Assembly (NCBI GenBank): GCA_047495785.1
Contig: JBLDXI010000013.1
Coordinates: 434,001-498,000, forward strand
From: Lepidodermella squamata
Taxonomy: Eukaryota > Animalia > Gastrotricha
Reading direction: 5' to 3'
Length of the DNA: 64,000 nucleotides
Below are positions 38,317 through 50,535 of this stretch, one piece after another (positions within the stretch are counted from its first letter, which is position 1; every line of letters begins with the position of its first letter). The position numbers were made by a program, and so were the translations under genes. The notes under the pieces were generated by a model. The model was not told the DNA's origin, searched no databases, and saw only the letters and a program-made list of their open reading frames with translations.

Positions 38317-38974
38317 CAAATAATCTCATAAAAAATAAAAAATAAAAGAGTCGAGGGATAAATTATTATTTTCCGCATTTATTTTTTGCTTCAATTTCGT
38401 TCGGTCTTTTCTGGTTTCACCGAGCGCGAATAATGCTGAGGAAATTGCGTGTTCCGTTCGCCATTCTGTCGCCATGATTGTCGCAGAAAATTCATTGACT
38501 CGTTGAAAGAATGAACTGCTAATGCACTAATTATCCGAGCAAATGAGGTTTTGTAACTGTTACACAAGGTTGGCGAAACTCATCCGTGAGTTGAAAGGGT
38601 CACCTGCCGCTGCTGTTACGAGTTTTGCCCTATTTATACAGATGTCAATGCTATGACTCCAAACTTGTTCCAAGTTAGCTTTATTTCGGCGCTAATTCTC
38701 GCACCCGGCATACCATTTTATCAGCTATTAGAAGTCGAAGCATGCGCTTTCAAGCCGAGCGTTCATATGCCAATCAGCGCCCCCAATAAAACCAGTGTTT
38801 ATCGATGCGTAGCCGTCACGCTGGGATTTAGAAGGTTGGCGAAAAATTGTCTTTCAACATATTATTTATAAGATCGATTAAAGGTGTCGCTGGCAGGCTA
38901 CTTTCGATCAAGGCAATCTTCGTGAGATCAAGTCGAACTACAGCAAGAGCTATTGGTACAACTCTGCTCTAGGG

Positions 38975-39125
38975 AGAAAGTTCAGGTTCCGAATACCACT
39001 GCCCGGGTCATCAGACCGATCGTCTCCGGCAACCTCTCCCCCATCGCTTTCTAACATTATCTTGGAGCATGGAAGTGGCCATATTGAATTGGATAATTAC
39101 ACCGATTTACATGATGCAAATTGGG
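38975..39125 (+). mobile_element. Possible decayed LINE reverse-transcriptase fragment
   Basis: Reads ...VSGNLSPIAF(+1 frameshift)NIILEH..., resembling the RT motif QG..LSP.LFNI.LE. Heavily decayed. Confidence 0.3.
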
Positions 39126-40582
39126 TAGAAATAGACTCAGCAGATCCTGAAATAAAATTTCTGCCCTGATATGCACTTTTACTTAATCCCTTTCCTCTTG
39201 CCGAGCGTGTGATTAGAGAATGCTATTATTGCTTTTTCCATTACGTGGAAAGATGTTTGAAGATGCAGAATGGAAGAAAAAACCGCTCCACTGCGTGTCC
39301 AGGATCCACGTGAGCGAAGAGCTCTTTAATTATACAGCAGTTGTGCATCATATAAGGTTTGTTTACTTTCCTGAATCGTACACCTGAATCGCACGCGCCC
39401 TCGTGCGACAAGCGTGTCGCGTGTTTTTCAATAATATTTTTATATACATACAGTTCAGGACTGCTATTCATACGGCTACTAATTTCACGTCTTGTAGTGT
39501 AACACTCGAGAGACATGTACCAGGCGCCAAAACCTACTAATCGCGGAGTAATTGCGGCTTGCGGTGACAATGCTAAACAAGAGTAAACATTCCTCTCTTC
39601 TGAAATGGTTTTTTTCCTACTCCCGTGCCGCGCCAAAACCATTAGCGGACATTCATACACTGGCCAGATACACTAATACTTTCATATCAGATCTTATGAG
39701 GATCTAAAAACCTCCTGTTTTAGATACCTTGTTGCATCCCTTCATTTATATAAACGTCGATTTTTCGATTCAGGAAATCGATTAATCGGATGTGGGAAAG
39801 ATGATAAGCGACTTTTAGAAAATTAATGCCCTTCGAATGCAACAGGGAAGTCTTGTATGTAATAGGGAAGCATTCGAATATTCAGGTAGTACAGGTAGTA
39901 ATTTGGAATTTCTCCAAACTTTCCGGGTCGTTCACAATTCTCAGAGGACAATATTATGAAATTTTCCAAACACGAAATTAGTGCAGTTGTATCATAAAAA
40001 TTTTACTATATTTTGAAATTACTTCTCGACCTCTGCATTTTGTTTAATTGACCTTTTAGCGGGTAATAAAAAATGATGTGCGCCTTAATTGTTAAGTTAT
40101 GATACTTGAACCTTTTTAACAGGTTATCAATTAAACCTTGTATGCTTGAAACACGCATGTTTTTTCGCGGTTTACTGCCATTTGCACGCCGGTGTAATCC
40201 TCGCTTATCCATCATTAACAATCGTTATCTCATCGTGGTTAAATATCTACCTCCGCAGATCTCTGCATAGTGCCGCTCTAAAATCTTTAATACCCTGCAG
40301 TAGACATTTGGCGTGGTAACACTGCCGCTGTTTCGCTACATTTCGACGATGCCCCAGAAGACCATGGTCAACAGCCTTGGCAGCTAATACTCGAGCCAGG
40401 ATTAACAACCGACTTATTTTTTGTCGAACAACTAACCCGTAGTTATGCATGTGGCCACTATCGAGTGGGTGCAAAGCCTTCACAGGAACCTCTTATATGA
40501 CAGCCAGACAGCTTGTAAATTGCACTGCAATTACTATTAGAGAGCAGTGAAATCACGTTTTTTATATTCCACTTTTTATTAC

Positions 40583-40775
40583 AACCGGTGTTGAGTTTTA
40601 TTCCAGATGAACTAGTTGATTTTCTGCGACATTTAACCGGTTGAATAGCCGGTGGTCAAAGCGTTGCGAAGGCCGCGCTACCATTTTGACGATTATAAAT
40701 CGTTTTTCAACACCTGGATGCTCACAACCCGCTATTAAGCTTTTATCACGCAGAAATTATCTATTCTAACCGGTC
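40583..40775. promoter_or_regulatory. Cluster of Grainyhead-like sites upstream of cluster gene A
   Basis: AACCGGTG 40583, AACTAGTT 40610, AACCGGTT 40635, AGCCGGTG 40647 and AACCGGTC 40768. Confidence 0.4.
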
Positions 40776-40885
40776 GCACTTAAAAGTTCACGTCGTGAAA
40801 TTCCTTTCTCCCGATGCGGTTTTAGGTCGTTCCTCTTTTTAGTGGACATAATTTTCGGTAGCTTAACGAGGAATCCACCGCAATC

Positions 40886-42647
40886 ATGTTGCGACGAATA
40901 GCACTGGCTTTTGTGATTGGCATATCGGTGTCGCTGCAACCCGGCTATGCGCAAGACGGTAATGGACAATACTTTATAACATTTCAATTATCGTAGCATA
41001 TTTTAGTTGGACAATATTTTTAATTCAATTTGCCTTGTATCTTTTGACAGGTGACGCGTGCACGGTGCCAGCGAGTAATAAACAACCGTTGCCGAGCGAA
41101 TTTACCGGCCGCTCGAGCATGGTACAGGTCATGACCGGATCGCCAGTGCGTTGTGCCGGCAAGCTGACCCATTTCACCTTCGTGTCAACGAACAGCTACG
41201 TCGCTGGCGTCACTTTTTTCGTATGGCGCCCGTTCGGCCAGAAACCGCGCAGTCCGTTCTTCACGCCGGTTGGCACGGTTGAGTTGGCAGGGGAAACGTA
41301 TTACCGGCCCAATACATGGGTAAACGTACCCGTCAGCCCGCCGCTCGATGTGCTCGAGGGTGATGTTATCGGCCTGTATTACGACGATTGGCGACTCGAC
41401 GACTATTTCGCCTTCATCCCAACGTCGCCACCGCAGAATTATTACCGGCGCAATTCGAACTTGACCTACGCCGAGGTACTAGTGGCGGCCAAGTCGCGCT
41501 CAGAACTTGCGTTCGAGCTGGCTTCCAAGGGCATGCTAGACTTCAGCGAAGCTTCCAAAGACCAGCGGCATATTGCTCTTCAGGCACAAATAGAAGCCCC
41601 GACACGACTTACGTTGGCTAAATTTCGCCTCGGAATCTGTCAACTACCATCCGAGGCTGGCAATTGCCTGGCATTGATACCTAGCTTCTACTACGACGCC
41701 AACATGGGCGACTGTCGGCCGTTCATTTGGTCCGGTTGTGGCGGAAACATGAACCGGTTTTACTCGGCCGAAGAGTGCGCCAGTGTTTGCCAATCGCCGA
41801 TGATCCCACCAGCGTCCGATGGCAACACGTTCCGAGGCCAGCTTAGGCAACTGATGATCCTACAGCCGACTACAACTCGACCTACAAGGCTTCAGACGCC
41901 GATACCAGTGGCAACAACAACACGGGGGCCGACTACAACGACCAGTCGAACGACAATTCCTGCGCGGACCACGCCCTGGTTCCAGATTTTCTCCAAAGGT
42001 TCGACCCCCTATCGTAGCTTGGTCGTGATAGGCTTGCAGCCTGCTGGATCTAACGAGCCGAGCAAATTGCCGACGCCAACAAGTATTTCTTCATTTTCTG
42101 TGCTTCATCCTATTTAAAATGTGTTTCGATGAAATGACAGAATGCGTCGACTTGTTCCGGACCAAGCAACGCTGTGATCGAACTATCGTCCAGACCAAGT
42201 ACTTCTTCAATGCAGGCAAAAATGAGTGCGAGCCTTTCTTTCACTACGCTGATTGTATATCGTCTGGTAACATTTTCTCTTCCAAGTAAATGCCTTGCTT
42301 CAATTACCATCGCGTCCTCTTAAATTTTGATATGCTTTTCCCAACAGTGAAGAATGTGCGTTTCATTGCGGTGTGCTCGAGCGTGATCCTTTGTTACTAA
42401 CAAGGTAAGTCAACACTTTTGTTTTCTATTGTGTTTCATCTATAGAACCGGTAAATATTTGCCTTGGCCGAAAATCTCTGCCAAAAGTTGAAATTAATTG
42501 AATAACTTATTTGCTCATAAAAACTCCAAGGGATTGGCCTTTTGTGTAAACATTTGACCGTACATCACTTTTTTTATTTTCAGAATCCGAGATCCTTACC
42601 AATCTATCGTCGGTGTCCCTCAGATGATGTTCGCAGACGCGCCGTAA
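40886..42647 (+). CDS. Secreted cluster paralog A: signal peptide - unassigned domain X - canonical Kunitz - Thr/Pro linker - atypical Kunitz (exons 40886-40958, 41051-42082, 42141-42285, 42348-42404, 42584-42647)
   Basis: MLRRIALAFVIGISVSLQPGYA signal peptide; Kunitz CQLPSEAGNCLALIPSFYYD...CRPFIWSGCGGNMNRFYSAEECASVC. All junctions are GT-AG and in frame. An alternative stop at 42406-42408 is used if the last intron is retained. Confidence 0.88.
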
Positions 42648-43774
42648 AAAATGAGGCCACTGACAATTCTTTCGCACCTGGCGTTCTCAATTCTTTTAAT
42701 CATAATATCATGAGTGAATTGCATGCTATCCTTGCTTTTCTACGATCAAATTATTTAATTGAGGCTTTTCAAAAAGCTACTGGTATTTAGAGCCTTTCAG
42801 CGGCTAAATTAATTATATTTTTTTATATCATTATTTTCTCATTCTCATATTGACCGTATTCACGAGACATGAAACTGCCAACCGATGATTTTTCCGACCT
42901 TATCAGTGTAAAATATTTTCGAGTGCTCGAACACTCTAATTTTCCTTAAAATAGTCCGCCGTCGGAAAAGGTTGAACTTGAATAAAAAAGCAGTTCGTTC
43001 ATTCATTTAAGTCGGTTTATATATAAATATCTCAGCTTTTGCCAACACAGAGGGGACAAAAAATACCGGTAACTGCGGCTTCAAGTATATATAAGTAAGT
43101 GTATAAATTTGTTCACGCTCGTTCTACGCCGTAGCAGTGAAAACAACGGCGAGGTGCGAACACCGCAGGTATAAATAGATAAAACTGCAGCGCAAAGCCG
43201 CTTTGAGAATAACAAAAAAACAGGTTTCATGTTGGCGCATGATTTACATATCTAGGAGAAATCAGAAAGACGCGTTGAACGAAAAAACACTTATTTGACG
43301 TCTACGACCTGACTTATACTCGGCAAAAAACGTGACGGCGGCTGTTTGCGGGACATGGGGTGTTACATAGTGCAATGTATGAGAAATTGAAAAACATGAA
43401 AATTTCAAATAAATTGATCATATTCGCTGTGTGTTCAGGCGGCAAAAAGTGTCGCTAGAGTTTGATGAGCAAAAATAGACAACAGACGTGCCGCCGCCGC
43501 CACAAAGGTAGATATAGCTACGAGACGTCGTATAGCAATGATTAAAACAAGCAGCAAATACTTATTGCCATTAGACATACCAAGCGTGAATAATCGTCAA
43601 CAAAAATGTGGCAGCAGAATATAAAAAACGTTTGCTTCTTCGTGACGGGGCTCACGGGTGCAAAATCTTCAGCTGCTTTTTCCTATAAGACAGACAGCTA
43701 ATGCCTTATTAGCTACTTTAACATGCCTCTTTTCTTTAGCAGGTTTCTAGTTAATGATATCACATGGTTGTAAC

Positions 43775-45566
43775 ATGATTGCACTGTTGCGCCTCTCCAT
43801 CGCGATCGGCGCGCTCGTACCCATCAGCTATCAGCAGGCTCAAGGCTCATACCCTGACTGTAATGAATAATGTGAATTCTAGTATAATGATTTCATTTCC
43901 TTCATTTTCAGCCTGCATCGCGCCGTCGATTCGAGCACTTTCCAAGGAGTTCGAATTTCGCTCATCGATCTTTCAATTATTTCCGAAAATTCCCATTTTG
44001 TGCAACGGCTATGTTACAAAATGGGCATTCTTATCAAAAAATCAAAATGGCACTGGCATGTATCTATCGGTTTGGAGAGCGACAGACAATCCTAATGTAT
44101 TTCGGTACGGTTTGTTCGGTTTTTTTCCTATTAGCTCCTATCCATCAAATTGAGCATCCTTCAACTTGAACTTGGAGCTGCGAGTTGCGACTGAAAGCTG
44201 ATTGCTGAATATTGAAGTCGCACTCAAGCTGTTGGAAAAATGAATTTCCTAGATAGAATTATCTGCTGTAGCAAGGGTTGCCAGGGTTGGTATAGGTGAA
44301 TTGGTACGTAGCTACTATATCAACTTCTAAATGAGCACACTTTTAGTTATCATTATTCTCAAATAAAATCACATTTATAATTTTCACGAAAATTTCTCCA
44401 CTAAATCCGTGGAATTATTTAGCATCGATCTCAAAAATAATCAATTATTACGAATATATAACGAAGTGTAATACCTATGCATCCATTTTTATAGACAAGT
44501 TGGAGTTACTCGAATCGACAACTTTACCGTTGCGACAGACGCATGGTCCGAGTACATCGTTCCGAATCCTTTCCCAGTTCTGGCCGGCGACATTCTCGGC
44601 CTGTACTACCAGATGTGGCAGGTTTTGTGGCCTTACTCTGGCCATGTGCCGGTGACAACGCCCTACTCGAAAGCGCCGAAAGGTCTCGAGCAAAACTACG
44701 GCGACGCACTCGTGCTCAATTATGACGCCTCTGATTTAGCAAGAATGGTCGGCAGTGACGGCGTGCCGCAAGTAGACATGTCCTCAGCTGCTAGTGTTGC
44801 GAGATTCCCGGCAATTCAAGCCGTTGTAGACCCGGCTTGGACACTATCATCTTCCACAACTTCCACTACGACGACTACGACAACGACAACGACTCCAATG
44901 ACGACGATGAGAATAATTACGACTCGACCGACGACTACGACGACTACGACTTTCAGGCCTCTGCCCCCAATCACGACTTCGACTACGTCAACTACCACAA
45001 GATTGACGCCGACCACCACGGTGACTACAACGCCAACGACTCAACTGCTGACTACAAGCACGACTACAATGCCTCCAACAACGGTTACAACGCCTTCAAC
45101 CACGACTACCTGGATGCCAACTTTCGAACTGACAACTCCGGAGCCGCCAACAACTCGCGTTACAACGTTGCTAACAACTACAATCCTTCTTCCGGTGACG
45201 CCGCAGCCATCGGCTGTGCGGAATCCACGCCGCTGCCTGAGTCCATTCAAGACACAGGGTCGCTGCAACTACAACAAAGTGACGCTGCGTTGGTTCTTCG
45301 ACACGTCGACGCAGTTGTGCGAAATGTTTTGGCACTACGACTGCGTTGTCTCGTCGAACATTTTCATCGGGCGCGAGTCGTGCGAATTCCACTGCTGCGA
45401 TCTCATTTCTGGCCGTCTGTCAGCCAACGATCTCGACAAACTGCCGCCGTTGCCGTCTGGTGCCGATGTTAGCAACAACGAAGTCATCGCTAATTACGAC
45501 GAGCAGACCGGCTTCGTGCGCGCCGAACTTAAAACAACACCACCGCCTTCCAATGCGATGGCGTGA
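43775..45566 (+). CDS. Secreted cluster paralog B: signal peptide - domain X - long Thr-rich mucin stalk - atypical Kunitz (exons 43775-43859, 43912-44104, 44495-45566)
   Basis: MIALLRLSIAIGALVPISYQ signal peptide; SCIAPS...ILCNGYVTKWAF...GMYLSVWRA...FR|QVGVT...FPVLAGDILGLYYQMW. C-terminal CLSPFKTQGRC...RWFFD...CEMFWHYDCVVSSNIF...CEFHC. Confidence 0.88.
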
Positions 45567-46956
45567 AGATGCACATTTCATGCTTTTTAGTTTCACTCCT
45601 AATAGAATTTTTTACTGTCTTATACAACGTCGCATTATTACACGCTTTTTGTCACCACCAGATGTTAAGGCAATAATAATTTTTCGAGCTGCCGAATTTT
45701 TTGAGAAAAATAAAGTTTTTCGGTTGAAACTTGTCCTCATCCGAAGCGCATCCTTTTAACATGTTTTTTTTAGCATAATACAACGTAATAGAAAAAATAG
45801 TCTTAACTGAAGACGAGCAAGTGCAATGGCCGGAATGTAGAATTTCTATCATAATGTCCGTTGTTTGGTGCAACTACTTCTGCGGAGATACAGGTCGGCG
45901 GAAAAAACAATTTCCACCAACGAGCAATTATTTTTTGGCGTAAATAGCGCCGGTTAAATCTGAATTTTTTACAACACCAGGGTAGAGTTTTCCGATGGTC
46001 GAATTCGAGTTTGGTGGTCAAAGCTTGGGCAAATACGGCGGTTATTTACTTGACCGCTGGCGATGCGGAGGCACGCTGCCGCCTGCTAATTGCACGTGAA
46101 GATGGGCCGATATACTACATCCTGCAGTATTGGCAAAAAAGGCGCACAATTTGGTGCAGCGGACGCAGTGACCACATCGCGTGGTGATCGGGGCAGCGCG
46201 GCGATTCGGCGACACGCTGCCACTTGTTATTTGCGGACGATCCAGCGCAACAGCGATATAGAGACTCGAGGCGTCACACAAGTCGGCGTCATGTACAAAG
46301 CAAATAACATCGTCGACGACGACGACGGCGCCGCGCTCGCCTGCTGAAATTTCGCCGCAACAGGTAGCGCGCCGATTTTTTAATGACTGCGCGCGATGCG
46401 CCGGCGCGTATTTACGCACGTGTACGCCTGTACCAGCGTCTCTCAAATTGTCGCCGCGCATGGCGATGGTGGAGGTGGTGTGCGAGCCTGAAGACGCGCG
46501 CGCCGACGTCAAGTGCATTACCATTTAGCCGCGATTTGTGTTCAACATATCATATACACAAGATAGGTGTAATAAAATATCGAAAGAGCAAACATCGAGC
46601 GCGCACTTTCAGCACTGCCCACAGCCTGCATGCAATACAGGTAACAACGTTATTAGGTCTGCAAAATTAGTGCTTTTCCACGCGCGTTTACTCTCCAGAT
46701 GCACCCACTCGTCAAATAGCTCCTCTGCCTGCTACTGATATTGATACTTTGCGAACTGTTCCTTCTCCGCCTGCGTTCCTTCGCATATCCGCGCGTGAAG
46801 TAGGTCACAATAACATTAGCGACGGCTCGGTACAGCGTTACACGCCGTTGCCACTACTAGCAGGTATCTGTCTGCCCACTCATCCGAGCTCGGCTTTTTT
46901 CTACCCTACCGCAGTGAGTTCGTCGTCGCTGGTTCCTTAATTTATCACTCGGCGAC

Positions 46957-49210
46957 ATGCTTATCAGCCCATCCTCATCGCCAACTGCTAGCAATAGGCA
47001 GTGGCGCCAGTTCAGTGCCACCTTAATCGCTGCAACCCTACTCATCGACCACGCAACCCTCGCCCAACGGCAAGCGGGTAAGAGTGTTCAATTATTTTCC
47101 AATTATTTTTGTTGATAAAATATACTGCTGATTAGGAGATTAATTAACTCAACAGCATTTTCTAAAGATTTTCCAAACTCAAGAAATTGTATAGCCAAGC
47201 TGAAGCAGTTAATGGCTGTTATTAGCAAGATGCTACAACTAGACCTTAGTTTCAACTTAAGGAATTTTAGAAATATATCTTTCGACTGCATAATTCTTTC
47301 GAAAAAATCAGCATGATTCATGATGAAAATTGCGTTATCAATGCCAGGGCTGGGATATCAGACTAAACGCGATGATTATTGGTCTTTTCCTATATTAGTA
47401 GATTAGGAATGCTCAAGTTCAGTACATAGTGAGTTCTCTCGTTAATACGGCTGGTTAATCAGCCATAAAACCCTTCTGTTCAGGGTCGATTGCCACAAAA
47501 AAGTTCCCATGGCTCACTGAATAGGAGATTTTCACTGGTTTCTTTTTCATATTCAGGCAACAACAATAGAGGAAATAACGGCCGTGTTCAGGCGTGTTAT
47601 CAGCCGGTCGATTTCGGCAACTGTCAGATGACAGCGTTGCGGTACTTCTACGACGCGAATCTTAATTCATGTCGAGTTTTTATCTACGGCGGTTGCGATG
47701 GCAACGACAACCGCTTCGACAACCGAGAGCAGTGTACGCGTATCTGCAACGCCGGGCCCGAGTTGCCCGCGGAGTCGAATCTGCCGCAAAACTTCCCAAC
47801 CTACAACGACGCCGGCTCAGCAGTATGCTCGCTGCCGGCCGACCCAGGAACTTGTACAGATACTAATCTCATCCAATATTACTACGACTCGGTCACCGAT
47901 TCTTGCCGGCTATTCGTTTACGGTGGATGTGGTGGAAACGCAAATCGCTTCAGGACAAAGGTTTGAATCCCATTTTTCTTTTATTTGTCAAGAGAAGATC
48001 TAAAATTATATAATTTTCGATATTTAGCTTACTTGCCAAGTCGCGTGTGGTGGCTCATCGGATGAAGAAACGACACCAGCTATGACTCAACGGCCGCAAC
48101 CTCAAACATCGCCTGGTCGAATCACCCCACCGCGGCCGCCGACGCCTCCGAGACCGACGCTTGTGCCTCAAGTCTCCACGAATCCTCCCCTTCAAACCAC
48201 CAGGAACCCCTGTTAGTTTGTTTATTTTACCTCAAGTTCCAAGTTTACGGGTTTTGTTTTAGATTGCCAAGTTCCGGCTCGCCAGCTTACGCTTAAGACG
48301 TTCAATTACCGCACATCATTCTTGCACATTTTCCCGCAAATCAACATCACGTGCTCGGGTATCATACGTTCGTGGTCCTTTATCCCACGCGTGGCCGTCG
48401 CCGACGGGCTCTATCTGGCAGCATTCCGCGCCAAAACACCTCAAGTAAACGCGACGACGTACCTACTTGTTGGCATGACGCCAATTTTCAACTACAAAGT
48501 GAATCGCAACGTTTGGAACGACTACGCCGTACCTGAGAACAAACAATTCTCAGTGCAGGCCGGCGACGTGTTAGGGCTGTTCTACGAGAATTGGGACATC
48601 ACCGATGACATGTCAGTCGTCGCGATGGCGGACAAGTACTCCCCAGACTACGATATGCTCAAAACATCGTCCGAGTTGTTGGCACACGTGCAGCAACGCG
48701 GCCGCGAGGGTGTCGTCTACGACATGAACTATCAAGGCTACTTGGACATGTCGCTGAGCGTGCGAACGTTCAGATACCCGGCGATGCGCGCGAACATCGA
48801 ACCTGGCGCTCGAGCGTTGCCGCCGACTTCAACGCTGCCTCCGCCTGATCCGAATGCCGGCCGTCTGCCAGTCGTTAACACCAGGCAAACAACAACACCA
48901 CTGGGTGGAAATTCACCTGGTTTGTCATGAACTCTACGTTTCACTGTTTCGAAATGTATTTGAATTTTTTTTACCAGCTTGCTTGGACGAATTTCAAACA
49001 TCGCAAACTTGTCTGGATAACGCGCTACGCCGTGGCGTTGACTCGCGAGTGTTCAAGGCGCGCTGGTTCTTCGACATCACTGTCAAAATGTGCGCCATGT
49101 TTTGGTACGTGCCCGACTGTTACCGGTCGGCGAATCTCTTCGAAACGGAATACGACTGCCGAGCGACGTGCTACGGCTACATGGCAACAACAACGCCAGG
49201 CGATCTCTAG
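46957..49210 (+). CDS. Secreted cluster paralog C: leader - 2 canonical Kunitz - Pro/Thr linker - domain X - atypical Kunitz (exons 46957-47077, 47557-47960, 48028-48211, 48263-48919, 48978-49210)
   Basis: Two FxYGGCxGNxNRF Kunitz domains; YCQVPA...ITCSGIIRSWSF...GLYLAAFRA...LVGMT...FSVQAGDVLGLFYENW. Phases are consistent at every junction. The exon 1 leader is a weaker signal peptide. Confidence 0.86.
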
Positions 49211-49925
49211 TGCAGCTGCTCTACCGAAGAAACTTTCGCATTTTTTCGACAAATCAATCGTAGATCTTCTTTTGTCACATCATCATCTACATTTGTTTCG
49301 ATTGGCTTGTAATATAGTTTTATTCGCTCCGTTTTCGCTGCAATGCTGGCGCAGAGTGAAGGCAACGAGATAGTCACATAGAGCCCATATTTCTATTAAG
49401 CTACTATCAAATTGTCTGCGGACAAGTTCCTCTTTTTTACTCAAAGTAATTATATCGTGCAAAAAATAAAGTGTTTTTTATGAGAAGAATTTAAAATGCG
49501 AAAGATGATGCAAATTATTATATAAACGAATGAATTTTTTATTCAGTCCGAATCGAAAAATCAAATAAAAATTATTGAACAATTGTTGTAAAAATAGCCA
49601 TAAATACGGTTGTAACGCTTTTTTATTCACCTAATGGCTTACAAAACTAAAATTTGTCTCTACACGGAATAATTGTTTTTACGTTATCATGAATATATTA
49701 TAATGCAATTACTTTCGCCTTTACTCACATCAATATCATTCGAAATTTTCGTCTCTTTCTTTGAAGAACAATCTGTGTTTCAGTGTTTAAAAGTTGAAAA
49801 ATAAAAGCTAAAGAGATGTCTCGCGCTGCGCTATTTATAACTATTAAAAAAAGCTTTCAGTATGCATACATCGGTATCGATAAAAATTCGCTGATGCGGA
49901 GGTGATGGAAAAATCTCGAGACCGA

Positions 49926-50535
49926 CTACTTCTCACCAACTGGCATGCCGTGCTGCAGCACGTCCTTGATAACTGATTCGATTTGATCGTGTAGCTGTTG
50001 CCGCATTTCCTGCTTTTTCACCTGTTTCAACCACAAAAAGAAAGTCGTTGGCTCGCGGCCGCAAAGACCGGCCGAGTGATAGAACTTGGGGCAGTCCATA
50101 GTTGATTTCAAACGTGTTTGCAACATTTTGGCAATGTTCCTCAGCATCTTCGTCCGGCCAGCTTTACCCTTACCTGTTGTCAATAATATGTATATAGGAT
50201 GGATTGTTATTGGACTAATTAGTATTACCGTAAAGAAGGCGGGATAGATCCTTTCGAGACACTACGTCTTCGTGGCCATCAGCTTGTTCGTGGTTGTCGG
50301 ATGATTTTTCAGAGTGCTCCTGGTCTGCTAATACTTTATTCTCGGATTTCTGCAATAGTTCAGCCGACTGTTTTTTCTGCGAAAATTTAATGCCTCCAGA
50401 ACGTACGAGAAATTCGAGTTTTTTTGATAGCATGCCATTGTCGTTGGAATTGGCTGCTTTGTCGGCGCGAACCAGCACAGCCGAGAGACAAGCCACGACA
50501 CATGCAATGTATAAATATAGCGAGAATGATTGCAT
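49926..50535 (-). CDS. Small secreted protein (184 aa), possible peptide precursor (exons 50535-50229, 50173-49926)
   Basis: Signal peptide MQSFSLYLYIACVVACLSAVLVRA. A 55-nt GT-AG phase-1 intron joins the two ORFs. Contains RK-DLSRLLY-GK and MDCPKFYHSAGLC-GR. Confidence 0.75.

Noticed and set aside
44837-45472. 211-aa Asp/Tyr/Asn-rich alternative-frame ORF (and antisense Val-rich ORFs at 44816-45019 and 55870-56067)
   Set aside because: These are shadows of ACN Thr codon runs in the mucin stalks.
46042-46670. GC-rich ORFs upstream of gene C
   Set aside because: Arg/Ala/Cys-rich translations typical of CpG-rich promoter DNA; no domain pattern.
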